Shown piece after piece: positions 38,523 to 51,400 of a stretch of 64,000 bases of DNA (positions within the stretch are counted from its first letter, which is position 1; each line of letters begins with the position of its first letter). The stretch is from Balanoglossus misakiensis (taxonomy: Eukaryota > Animalia > Hemichordata), in assembly GCA_040954595.2 (NCBI GenBank), contig CM082583.2, positions 13,674,528 through 13,738,527 on the forward strand, read 5' to 3'. Made by a program: the position numbers and the translations under genes. The notes under the pieces are model-generated. The model saw only the letters and a list, made by a program, of their open reading frames with translations, had not been told where the DNA came from and made no database searches.

Positions 38523-41500
38523 AGGAAGTCGCCATCAACTTGGCCTAGATTCAGCGCGCCGTTACCACAGGAAATCGCCGGCAACTTGGCCCAGATTCAC
38601 CGCGCCGTTACGACAGGAAGTCGCCGGCAACTTGGCCCAGATTCACCGCGCCGTTACCACCGGAAGTCGCCAGCAACTTGGCCGAGATTCACCGCGCCAT
38701 TACCACCGGAAGTTGCCGGCAACTTGGCCCAGATTCACTGCGCCGTTACGACCGGAAGTCGTCGCAACTTGGCCCGGATTCACAGGAAGTCTCCGGCAAC
38801 TTGTCCCAAATTCTTGCGCCGTTACGACCGGAAGTCGCCGGCAACTTGGCCCAGATTCACCGCGCCGTTACCACAGGAAGTCGCCGGCAACTTGGCCCAG
38901 ATTAACCACGCCGTTATGACCGAAAGTCGCCAGCAACTTCGCCCGGATTCACCGCGCTGTTACGACCGGAAGTCGCCGCAACTTGGCCCGGATTCACCGC
39001 GCCGTTACCACCGGAAGTCGACGGCAACTTGGCCCAGATTCACCACGCCGTTACGACCGGAAATCGCCGGCAACTTGGCCCAGATTCACAGCGCCGTTAC
39101 GACAGGAAGTCGCCGGCAACTTGGCCTAGTTTCACCGCGCCGTTACCACCGGAAGTCGCCGGCAACTTGGCCCGGATTCACAGGAAGTCTCCGGCAACTT
39201 GTCCCAAATTCTTGCGCCGTTACCACAGGAAGTCGCCGGCAACTTGGCCCAGATTCACCGCGCCGTTACCACAGGAAGTCGCCGGCAACTTGGCCCGGAT
39301 TCACCGCGCCGTTACGACCGGAAGTCGCCGCCAACTTGGCCTGGATTCACCGCGCCGTTACGACCGGAAGTCGCCGCAACTTGGCCCGGATTCACAGGAA
39401 GTCGCCATCAACTTGGCCCAGATTCACCGCGCCGTTACCACAGGAAGTCGCCGGCAACTTGGCCCAGATTCACCACGCCATTACGACCGGAAGTCACCGG
39501 CAACTTGGCCCAGATTCACCGCGCCGTTACGACAGGAAGTCGCCGGCAAATTGGCCCAGATTCACCACGCCATTACGACCGGAAGTCACCGGCAACTTGG
39601 CCCAGATTCACCGCGCCGTTACGACAGGAAGTCGCCGGCAACTTGGCCCAGATTCACCACGCCATTACGACCGGAAGTCACCGGCAACTTGGCCCAGATT
39701 CACCGCGCCGTTACGACAGGAAGTCGCCGGCAACTTGGCCCAGATTCACCACGCCATTACGACCGGAAGTCACCGGCAACTTGGCCCAGATTCACCGCGC
39801 CGTTACGACAGGAAGTCGCCGGCAACTTGGCCCAGATTCACCCTGCCGTTACCACCGGAAGTCGCCGGCAACTTGGCCCTGATTCACAGGAAGTCGCCAT
39901 CAACTTGGCCCAGATTCACAGCGCCGTTACCACAGGAAATCGCCGGAAACTTGGCCCAGATTCACCGCGCCGTTACCACAGGAAGTCGCCGGCAACTTGG
40001 CCCAGATTCACCGCGCCGTTACCACCGGAAGTCGCCGGCAACTTGGCCCGGATTCACAGGAAGTCGCCATCAACTTGGCCTAGATTCAGCGCGCCGTTAC
40101 CACAGGAAATCGCCGGCAACTTGGCCCAGATTCACCGCGCCGTTACGACAGGAAGTCGCCGGCAACTTGGCCCAGATTCACCGCGCCGTTAACACCGAAA
40201 GTCGCCATCAACTTGGCCGAGATTCACCGCGCCGTTACCACCGGAAGTCGCCGGCAACTTGGCCCAGATTCACCGCGCCGTTACGACCGGAAGTCGCCGC
40301 AACTTGGCCCGGATTCACAGCAAGTCTCCGGCAACTTGTCCCAGATTCTTGCGCCGTTACGACCGGAAGTCGCCGGCAACTTGGCCCAGATTCACCGCGC
40401 CGTTACCACAGGAAGTCGCCGGCAACTTGGCCCAGATTAACCACGCCGTTATGACCGAAAGTCGCCAGCAACTTCGCCCGGATTCACCCCGCTGTTACGA
40501 CCGGAAGTCGCCGCAACTTGGCCCGGATTCACCGCGCCGTTACCACCGGAAGTCGACGGCAACTTGGCCCAGATTCACCGCGCCGTTACGACCGGAAATC
40601 GCCGGCAACTTGGCCCAGATTCACAGCGCCGTTACGACAGGAAGTCGCCGGCAACTTGGCCTAGTTTCACCGCGCCGTTACCACCGGAAGTCGCCGGCAA
40701 CTTGGCCCGGATTCACAGGAAGTCGCCATAAACTTGGCCCAGATTCACCGCGCCATTACCACAGGAAATCGCCGGCAACTTGGCCTAGTTTCACCACGCC
40801 GTTACGACTGGAAGTCGCCGGCAACTTGGCCCGGATTCACAGGAAGTCGCCATCAACTTGGCCCAGATTCACCGCGCCGTTACCACAGGAAGTCGCCGGC
40901 AACTTGGCCCAGATTCACCGCGCCGTTACCACAGGAAGTCGCCGGCAACTTGGCCCAGATTAACCGCGCCGTTACCACCGGAAGTCGCCGGCAACTTGGC
41001 CCGGATTCACAGGAAGTCGCCATCAACTTGGCCTAGATTCAGCGCGCCGTTACCACAGGAAATCGCCGGCAACTTGGCCCAGATTCACCGCGCCGTTACG
41101 ACAGGAAGTCGCCGTTATGACCGAAAGTCGCCAGCAACTTCGCCCGGATTCACCGCGCCGTTCCGACCGGAAGTCGCCGGCAACTTGGCCCGGATTCACC
41201 GCGCCGTTACGACCGGAAGTCGCCGCAACTTGGCCCAGATTCACCCTGCCGTTACCACCGGAAGTCGCCGGCAACTTGGCCCGGATTCACAGGAAGTCGC
41301 CATCAACTTGGCCCAGATTCACAGCGCCGTTACCACAGGAAATCGCCGGCAACTTGGCCCAGATTCACCGCGCCGTTACCACCGGAAGTCGCCGGCAACT
41401 TGGCCCGGATTCACAGGAAGTCGCCATCAACTTGGCCTAGATTCAGCGCGCCGTTACCACAGGAAATCGCCGGCAACTTGGCCCAGATTCACCGCGCCGT

Positions 41501-42417
41501 TACGACAGGAAGTCGCCGGCAACTTGGCCCAGATTCACCGCGCCGTTACCACCGGAAGTCGCCAGCAACTTGGCCGAGATTCACCGCGCCATTACCACCG
41601 GAAGTCGCCGGCAACTTGGCCCAGATTCACTGCGCCGTTACGACCGGAAGTCGTCGCAACTTGGCCCGGATTCACAGGAAGTCTCCGGCAACTTGTCCCA
41701 AATTCTTGCGCCGTTACGACCGGAAGTCGCCGGCAACTTGGCCCAGATTCACCGCGCCGTTACCACAGGAAGTCGCCGGCAACTTGGCCCAGATTAACCA
41801 CGCCGTTATGACCGAAAGTCGCCAGCAACTTCGCCCGGATTCACCGCGCTGTTACGACCGGAAGTCGCCGCAACTTGGCCCGGATTCACCGCGCCGTTAC
41901 CACCGGAAGTCGCCGGCAACTTGGCCCGGATTCACAGGAAGTCGCCATAAACTTGGCCCAGATTCACCGCGCCGTTACCACAGGAAATCGCCGGCAACTT
42001 GGCCTAGTTTCACCACGCCGTTACGACTGGAAGTCGCCGGCAACTTGGCCCGGATTCACCGCGCCGTTACGACCGGAAGTCGCCGCCAACTTGGCCTGGA
42101 TTCACCGCGCCGTTACGACCGGAAGTCGCCGCAACTTGGCCCGGATTCACAGGAAGTCGCCATCAACTTGGCCCAGATTCACCGCGCCGTTACCACAGGA
42201 AGTCGCCGGCAACTTGGCCCAGATTCACCACGCCATTACGACCGGAAGTCACCGGCAACTTGGCCCAGATTCACCGCGCCGTTACGACAGGAAGTCGCCG
42301 GCAAATTGGCCCAGATTCACCACGCCATTACGACCGGAAGTCACCGGCAACTTGGCCCAGATTCACCGCGCCGTTACGACAGGAAGTCGCCGGCAACTTG
42401 GCCCGGATTCACCACGC
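38523..42417. repeat. 46-bp minisatellite type B with 45- and 32-bp deletion variants and higher-order blocks
   Basis: Consensus AACTTGGCCCAGATTCACCGCGCCGTTACGACCGGAAGTCGCCGGC; 32-bp variant AACTTGGCCCGGATTCACAGGAAGTCGCCATC. The same multi-unit block starts at 38523, 40058 and 41415. Confidence 0.98.
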
Positions 42418-45400
42418 CAACCAGATACCAAACCCCTTCGACCGCCAGGCTACGGCCGGAAGTGGAGGCCAACCTGATACCCAACCCCTTCGACCGCCAG
42501 GCTACGGCCGGAAGTGGAGGCCAACCTGATACCCAACCCCTTCGACCGCCAGGCTACGGCCGGAAGTGGAGGCCAACCTGATACCCAACCCCTTCGACCG
42601 CCAGGCTACGGCCGGAAGTGGAGGCCAACCTGATACCCAACCCCTTCGACCGCCAGGCTACGGCCGGAAGTGGAGGCCAACCTGATACCCAACCCCTTCG
42701 ACCGCCAGGCTACGGCCGGAAGTGGAGGCCAACCTGATACCCAACCCCTTCGACCGCCAGGCTACGGCCGGAAGTGGAGGCCAACCTGATACCCAACCCC
42801 TTCGTTACGACCGGAAGTCGCCGGCAACTTGGCCCAGATTCACCGCGCCGTTACCACTGGAAGTCGCCGGCAACTTGGCCCTGATTCACCGCGCTGTTAC
42901 GACCGGAAGTCGCCGCAACTTGGCCCGGATTCACAGGAAGTCTCCGGCAACTTGGCCCAGATTCTTGCGCCGTTACGACCGGAAGTCGCCGGCAACTTGG
43001 CCCAGATTCACCGCACCGTTACCACCGGAAGTCGCCGGCAACTTGGCCCTGATTCACCGCGCCGTTACGACCGGAAGTTGCCGCAACTTGGCCCGGATTC
43101 ACAGGAAGTCTCCGGCAACTTGGCCCAGATTCTTGCGCCGTTACGACCGGAAGTCGCCGGCAACTTGGCCCAGATTCACCGCGCCGTTACGACCGGAAGT
43201 CGCCGGCAACTTGGCCCGGATTCACCACGCCAACCAGATACCCAACCCCTTCGACCGCCAGGCTACGGCCGGAAGTGGAGGCCAACCTGATACCCAACCC
43301 CTTCGACCGCCAGGCTACGGCCGGAAGTGGAGGCCAACCTGATACCCAACCCCTTCGACCGCCAGGCTGCAGCCGGAAGTGGAGGCCAACCTGATACCCA
43401 ACCCCTTCGACCGCCAGGCTGCGGCCGGAAGTGGAGGCCAACCTGATACCCAACCCCTTCGACCGCCAGGCTACGGCCGGAAGTGGAGGCCAACCTGATA
43501 CCCAACCCCTTCGACCGCCAGGCTACGGCCGGAAGTGGAGGCCAACCTGATACCCAACCCCTTCGACCGCCAGGCTACGGCCGGAAGTGGAGGCCAACCA
43601 GATACCCAACCCCTTCGACCGCCAGGCTACGGCCGGAAGTGGAGGCCAACCAGATACCCAACCCCTTCGACCGCCAGGCTACGGCCGGAAGTGGAGGCCA
43701 ACCTGATACCCAACCCCTTCGACCGCCAGGCTACGGCCGGAAGTGGAGGCCAACCTGATACCCAACCCCTTCGACCGCCAGGCTACGGCCGGAAGTGGAG
43801 GCCAACCAGATACCCAACCCCTTCGACCGCCAGGCTACGGCCGGAAGTGGAGGCCAACCTGATACCCAACCCCTTCGACCGCCAGGCTACGGCCGGAAGT
43901 GGAGGCCAAACTGATACCCAACCCCTTCGACCGCCAGGCTACGGCCGGAAGTGGAGGCCAACCTGATACCCAACCCCTTCGACCGCCAGGCTACGGCCGG
44001 AAGTGGAGGCCAACCTGATACCCAACCCCTTCGACCGCCAGGCTACGGCCGGAAGTGGAGGCCAACCTGATACCCAACCCCTTCGACCGCCAGGCTACGG
44101 CCGGAAGTGGAGGCCAACCTGATACCCAACCCCTTCGACCGCCAGGCTACGGCCGGAAGTGGAGGCCAACCTGATACCCAACCCCTTCGACCGCCAGGCT
44201 ACGGCCGGAAGTGGAGGCCAAACTGATACCCAACCCCTTCGACCGCCAGGCTACGGCCGGAAGTGGAGGCCAAACTGATACCCAACCCCTTCGACCGCCA
44301 GGCTACGGCCGGAAGTGGAGGCCAACCTGATACCCAACCCCTTCGACCGCCAGGCTACGGCCGGAAGTGGAGGCCAACCTGATACCCAACCCCTTCGACC
44401 GCCAGGCTACGGCCGGAAGTGGAGGCCAACCTGATACCCAACCCCTTCGTTACGACCGGAAGTCGCCGGCAACTTGGCCCAGATTCACCGCGCCGTTACC
44501 ACCGGAAGTCGCCGGCAACTTGGCCCTGATTCACCGCGCTGTTACGACCGGAAGTCGCCGCAACTTGGCCCGGATTCACAGGAAGTCTCCGGCAACTTGG
44601 CCCAGATTCTTGCGCCGTTACGACCGGAAGTCGCCGGCAACTTGGCCCAGATTCACCGCACCGTTACCACCGGAAGTCGCCGGCAACTTGGCCCTGATTC
44701 ACCGCGCCGTTACGACCGGAAGTTGCCGCAACTTGGCCCGGATTCACTGGAAGTCTCCGGCAACTTGGCCCAGATTCTTGCGCCGTTACGACCGGAAGTC
44801 GCCGGCAACTTGGCCCAGATTCACCGCGCCGTTACGACCAGAAGTCGCAGGCAACTTGGCCCGGATTCACCACGCCAACCAGATACCCAACCCCTTCGAC
44901 TGCCAGGCTACGGCCGGAAGTGGAGGCCAACCTAATACCCAACCCCTTCGACCGCCAGGCTACGGCCGGAAGTGGAGGCCACCCAGATACCCAACCCCTT
45001 CGACCGCCAGGCTACGGCCGGAAGTGGAGGCCAACCTGATACCCAACCCCTTCGACCGCCAGGCTACGGCCGGAAGTGGAGGCCAACCAGATACCCAACC
45101 CCTTCGACCGCCAGGCTACGGCCGGAAGTGGAGGCCAACCAGATACCCAACCCCTTCGACCGCCAGGCTACGGCCGGAAGTGGAGGCCAACCTGATACCC
45201 AACCCCTTCGACCGCCAGGCTACGGCCGGAAGTGGAGGCCAAACTGATACCCAACCCCTTCGACCGCCAGGCTACGGCCGGAAGTGGAGGCCAACCTGAT
45301 ACCCAACCCCTTCGACCGCCAGGCTACGGCCGGAAGTGGAGGCCAACCTGATACCCAACCCCTTCGACCGCCAGGCTACGGCCGGAAGTGGAGGCCAACC

Positions 45401-48400
45401 TGATACCCAACCCCTTCGACTGCCAGGCTACGGCCGGAAGTGGAGGCCAACCTGATACCCAACCCCTTCGACCGCCAGGCTACGGCCGGAAGTTGAGGCC
45501 AACCTGATACCCAACCCCTTCGACCGCCAGGCTACGGCCGGAAGTGGAGGCCAAACTGATACCCAACCCCTTCGACTGCCAGGCTACGGCCGGAAGTGGA
45601 GGCCAACCTGATACCCAACCCCTTCGACCGCCAGGCTACGGCCGGAAGTGGAGGCCAACCTGATACCCAACCCCTTCGACCGCCAGGCTACGGCCGGAAG
45701 TGGAGGCCAACCTGATACCCAACCCCTTCGTTACGACCGGAAGTCGCCGGCAACTTGGCCCAGATTCACCGCGCCGTTACCACCGGAAGTCGCCGGCAAC
45801 TTGGCCCTGATTCACCGCGCTGTTACGACCGGAAGTCGCCGCAACTTGGCCCGGATTCACAGGAAGTCTCCGGCAACTTGGCCCAGATTCTTGCGCCGTT
45901 ACGACCGGAAGTCGCCGGCAACTTGGCCCAGATTCACCGCACCGTTACCACCGGAAGTCGCCGGCAACTTGGCCCTGATTCACCGCGCCGTTACGACCGG
46001 AAGTTGCCGCAACTTGGCCCGGATTCACTGGAAGTCTCCGGCAACTTGGCCCAGATTCTTGCGCCGTTACGACCGGAAGTCGCCGGCAACTTGGCCCAGA
46101 TTCACCGCGCCGTTACGACCAGAAGTCGAAGGCAACTTGGCCCGGATTCACCACGCCAACCAGATACCCAACCCCTTCGACCGCCAGGCTACGGCCGGAA
46201 GTGGAGGCCAACCTAATACCCAACCCCTTCGACCGCCAGGCTACGGCCGGAAGTGGAGGCCACCCAGATACCCAACCCCTTCGACCGCCAGGCTACGGCC
46301 GGAAGTGGAGGCCAACCAGATACCCAACCCCTTCGACCGCCAGGCTACGGCCGGAAGTGGAGGCCAACCTGATACCCAACCCCTTCGACCACCAGGCTAC
46401 GGCCGGAAGTGGAGGCCAACCTGATACCCAACCCCTTCGACCGCCAGGCTACGGCCGGAAGTGGAGGCCAACCAGATACCCAACCCCTTCGACCGCCAGG
46501 CTACGGCCGGAAGTGGAGGCCAACCTGATACCCAACCCCTTCGACCGCCAGGCTACGGCCGGAAGTGGAGGCCAACCTGATACCCAACCCCTTCGACCGC
46601 CAGGCTACGGCCGGAAGTGGAGGCCAACCTGATACCCAACCCCTTCGTTACGACCGGAAGTCGCCGGCAACTTGGCCCAGATTCACCGCGCCGTTACCAC
46701 CGGAAGTCGCCGGCAACTTGGCCCTGATTCACCGCGCTGTTACGACCGGAAGTCGCCGCAACTTGGCCCGGATTCACAGGAAGTCTCCGGCAACTTGGCC
46801 CAGATTCTTGCGCCGTTACGACCGGAAGTCGCCGGCAACTTGGCCCAGATTCACCGCACCGTTACCACCGGAAGTCGCCGGCAACTTGGCCCTGATTCAC
46901 CGCGCCGTTACGACCGGAAGTTGCCGCAACTTGGCCCGGATTCACTGGAAGTCTCCGGCAACTTGGCCCAGATTCTTGCGCCGTTACGACCGGAAGTCGC
47001 CGGCAACTTGGCCCAGATTCACCGCGCCGTTACGACCAGAAGTCGCAGGCAACTTGGCCCGGATTCACCACGCCAACCAGATACCCAACCCCTTCGACCG
47101 CCAGGCTACGGCCGGAAGTGGAGGCCAACCTAATACCCAACCCCTTCGACCGCCAGGCTACGGCCGGAAGTGGAGGCCACCCAGATACCCAACCCCTTCG
47201 ACCGCCAGGCTACGGCCGGAAGTGGAGGCCAACCAGATACCCAACCCCTTCGACCGCCAGGCTACGGCCGGAAGTGGAGGCCAACCTGATACCCAATCCC
47301 TTCGACCACCAGGCTACGGCCGGAAGTGGAGGCCAACCTGATACCCAACCCCTTCGACCGCCAGGCTACGGCCGGAGGTGGAGGCCAACCAGATACCCAA
47401 CCCCTTCGACCGCCAGGCTACGGCCGGAAGTGGAGGCCAACCTGATACCCAACCCCTTCGACCGCCAGGCTACGGCCGGAAGTGGAGGCCAACCTGATAC
47501 CCAACCCCTTCGACCGCCAGGCTACGGCCGGAAGTGGAGGCCAACCTGATACCCAACCCCTTCGACCGCCAGGCTACGGCCGGAAGTGGAGGCCAACCTG
47601 ATACCCAACCCCTTTGACCGCCAGGCTACGGCCGGAAGTGGAGGCCAACCTGATACCCAACCCTTTCGACCGCCAGGCTACGGCCGGAAGTGGAGGCCAA
47701 ACTGATACCCAACCCCTTCGACCGCCAGGCTACGGCCGGAAGTGGAGGCCAACCTGATACCCAACCCCTTCGACCGCCAGGCTACGGCCGGAAGTGGAGG
47801 CCAACCTGATACCCAACCCCTTCGACCGCCAGGCTACGGCCGGAAGTGGAGGCCAACCTGATACCCAACCCCTTCGACCGCCAGGCTACGGCCGGAAGTG
47901 GAGGCCAACCTGATACCCAACCCCTTCGACCGCCAGGCTACGGCCGGAAGTGGAGGCCAACCTGATACCCAACCCCTTCGACAACCAGGCTACGGCCGGA
48001 AGTGGAGGCCAACCTGATACCCAACCCCTTCGACCGCCAGGCTACGGCCGGAAGTGGAGGCCAACCTGATACCCAACCCCTTCGTTACGACCGGAAGTCG
48101 CCGGCAACTTGGCCCAGATTCACCGCGCCGTTACCACCGGAAGTCGCCGGCAACTTGGCCCTGATTCACCGCGCTGTTACGACCGGAAGTCGCCGCAACT
48201 TGGCCCGGATTCACAGGAAGTCTCCGGCAACTTGGCCCAGATTCTTGCGCCGTTACGACCGGAAGTCGCCGGCAACTTGGCCCAGATTCACCGCACCGTT
48301 ACCACCGGAAGTCGCCGGCAACTTGGCCCTGATTCACCGCGCCGTTACGACCGGATGTTGCCGCAACTTGGCCCGGATTCACAGGAAGTCTCCGGCAACT

Positions 48401-51400
48401 TGGCCCAGATTCTTGCGCCGTTACGACCGGAAGTCGCCGGCAACTTGGCCCAGATTCACCGCGCCGTTACGACCAGAAGTCGCAGGCAACTTGGCCCGGA
48501 TTCACCACGCCAACCAGATACCCAACCCCTTCGACCGCCAGGCTACGGCCGGAAGTGGAGGCCAACCTGATACCCAACCCCTTCGACCGCCAGGCTACGG
48601 CCGGAAGTGGAGGCCACCCAGATACCCAACCCCTTCGACCGCCAGGCTACGGCCGGAAGTGGAGGCCAACCAGATACCCAACCCCTTCGACCGCCAGGCT
48701 ACGGCCGGAAGTGGAGGCCAACCTGATACCCAACCCCTTCGACCGCCAGGCTACGGCCGGAAGTGAAGGCCAACCAGATACCCAACCCCTTCGACCGCCA
48801 GGCTACGGCCGGAAGTGGAGGCCAACCTGATACCCAACCCCTTCGACCGCCAGGCTACGGCCGGAAGTGGAGGCCAACCTGATACCCAACACCTTCGACC
48901 GCAAGGCTACGGCCGGAAGTGGAGGCCAAACTGATACCCAACCCCTTCGACCGCCAGGCTACGGCCGGAAGTGGAGGCCAAACTGATACCCAACCCCTTC
49001 GATCGCCAGGCTACGGCCGGAAGTGGAGGCCAAACTGATACCCAACCCCTTCGACCGCCAGGCTACGGCCGGAAGTGGAGGCCAACCTGATACCCAACCC
49101 CTTCGACCGCCAGGCTACGGCCGGAAGTGGAGGCCAACCAGATACCCAACCCCTTCGACCGCCAGGCTACGGCCGGAAGTGGAGGCCAACCTGATACCCA
49201 ACCCCTTCGACCGCCAGGCTACGGCCGGAAGTGGAGGCCAAACTGATACCCAACCCCTTCGACCGCCAGGCTACGGCCGGAAGTGGAGGCCAAACTGATA
49301 CCCAACCCCTTCGACCGCCAGGCTACGGCCGGAAGTGGAGGCCAAACTGATACCCAACCCCTTCGACCGCCAGGCTACGGCCGGAAGTGGAGGCCAACCT
49401 GATACCCAACCCCTTCGTTACGACCGGAAGTCGCCGGCAACTTGGCCCAGATTCACCGCGCCGTTACCACTGGAAGTCGCCGGCAACTTGGCCCTGATTC
49501 ACCGCGCTGTTACGACCGGAAGTCGCCGCAACTTGGCCCGGATTCACAGGAAGTCTCCGGCAACTTGGCCCAGATTCACCGCACCGTTACCACCGGAAGT
49601 CGCCGGCAACTTGGCCCTGATTCACCGCGCCGTTACGACCGGAAGTTGCCGCAACTTGGCCCGGATTCACAGGAAGTCTCCGGCAACTTGGCCCAGATTC
49701 TTGCGCCGTTACGACCGGAAGTCGCCGGCAACTTGGCCCAGATTCACCGCGCCGTTACGACCGGAAGTCGCCGGCAACTTGGCCCGGATTCACCACGCCA
49801 ACCAGATACCCAACCCCTTCGACCGCCAGGCTACGGCCGGAAGTGGAGGCCAACCTGATACCCAACTCCTTCGACCGCCAGGCTACGGCCGGAAGTGGAG
49901 GCCAACCTGATACCCAACCCCTTCGACCGCCAGGCTACGGCCGGAAGTGGAGGCCAACCTGATACCCAACCCCTTCGACCGCCAGGCTACGGCCGGAAGT
50001 GGAGGCCAACCTGATACCCAACCCCTTCGACCGCCAGGCTACGGCCGGAAGTGGAGGCCAACCTGATACCCAACCCCTTCGACCGCCAGGCTACGGCCGG
50101 AAGTGGAGGCCAACCTGATACCCAACCCCTTCGACCGCCAGGCTACGGCCGGAAGTGGAGGCCAACCTGATACCCAACCCCTTCGACCGCCAGGCTACGG
50201 CCGGAAGTGGAGGCCAACCTGATACCCAACCCCTTCGACCGCCAGGCTACGGCCGGAAGTGGAGGCCAACCTGATACCCAACCCCTTCGACCGCCAGGCT
50301 ACGGCCGGAAGTGGAGGCCAACCTGATACCCAACCCCTTCGACCGCCAGGCTACGGACGGAAGTGGAGGCCAACCTGATACCCAACCCCTTCGACCGCCA
50401 GGCTACGGCCGGAAGTGGAGGCCAACCTGATACCCAACCCCTTCGACCGCCAGGCTACGGCCGGAAGTGGAGGCCAACCTGATACCCAACCCCTTCGACC
50501 GCCAGGCTACGGCCGGAAGTGGAGGCCAACCTGATACCCAACCCCTTCGACCGCCAGGCTACGGCCGGAAGTGGAGGCCAACCTGATACCCAACCCCTTC
50601 GACCGCCAGGCTACGGCCGGAAGTGGAGGCCAACCAGATACCCAACCCCTTCGACCGCCAGGCTACGGCCGGAAGTGGAGGCCAACCTGATACCCAACCC
50701 CTTCGACCGCCAGGCTACGGCCGGAAGTGGAGGCCAACCTGATACCCAACCCCTTCGACCGCCAGGCTACGGCCGGAAGTGGAGGCCAACCAGATACCCA
50801 ACCCCTTCGACCGCCAGGCTACGGCCGGAAGTGGAGGCCAACCAGATACCCAACCCCTTCGACCGCCAGGCTACGGCCGGAAGTGGAGGCCAACCTGATA
50901 CCCAACCCCTTCGACCGCCAGGCTACGGCCGGAAGTGGAGGCCAACCTGATACCCAACCCCTTCGACCGCCAGGCTACGGCCGGAAGTGGAGGCCAACCT
51001 GATACCCAACCCCTTCGACCGCCAGGCTACGGCCGGAAGTGGAGGCCAACCTGATACCCAACCCCTTCGACCGCCAGGCTACGGCCGGAAGTGGAGGCCA
51101 ACCTGATACCCAACCCCTTCGTTACGACCGGAAGTCGCCGGCAACTTGGCCCAGATTCACCGCGCCGTTACCACTGAAGTCGCCGGCAACTTGGCCCTGA
51201 TTCACCGCGCTGTTACGACCGGAAGTCGCCGCAACTTGGCCCGAATTCACAGGAAGTCTCCGGCAACTTGGCCCAGATTCTTGCACCGTTACGACCGGAA
51301 GTCGCCGGCAACTTGGCCCAGATTCACCGCACCGTTACCACCGGAAGTCGCCGGCAACTTGGCCCTGATTCACCGCGCCGTTACGACCGGAAGTTGCCGC

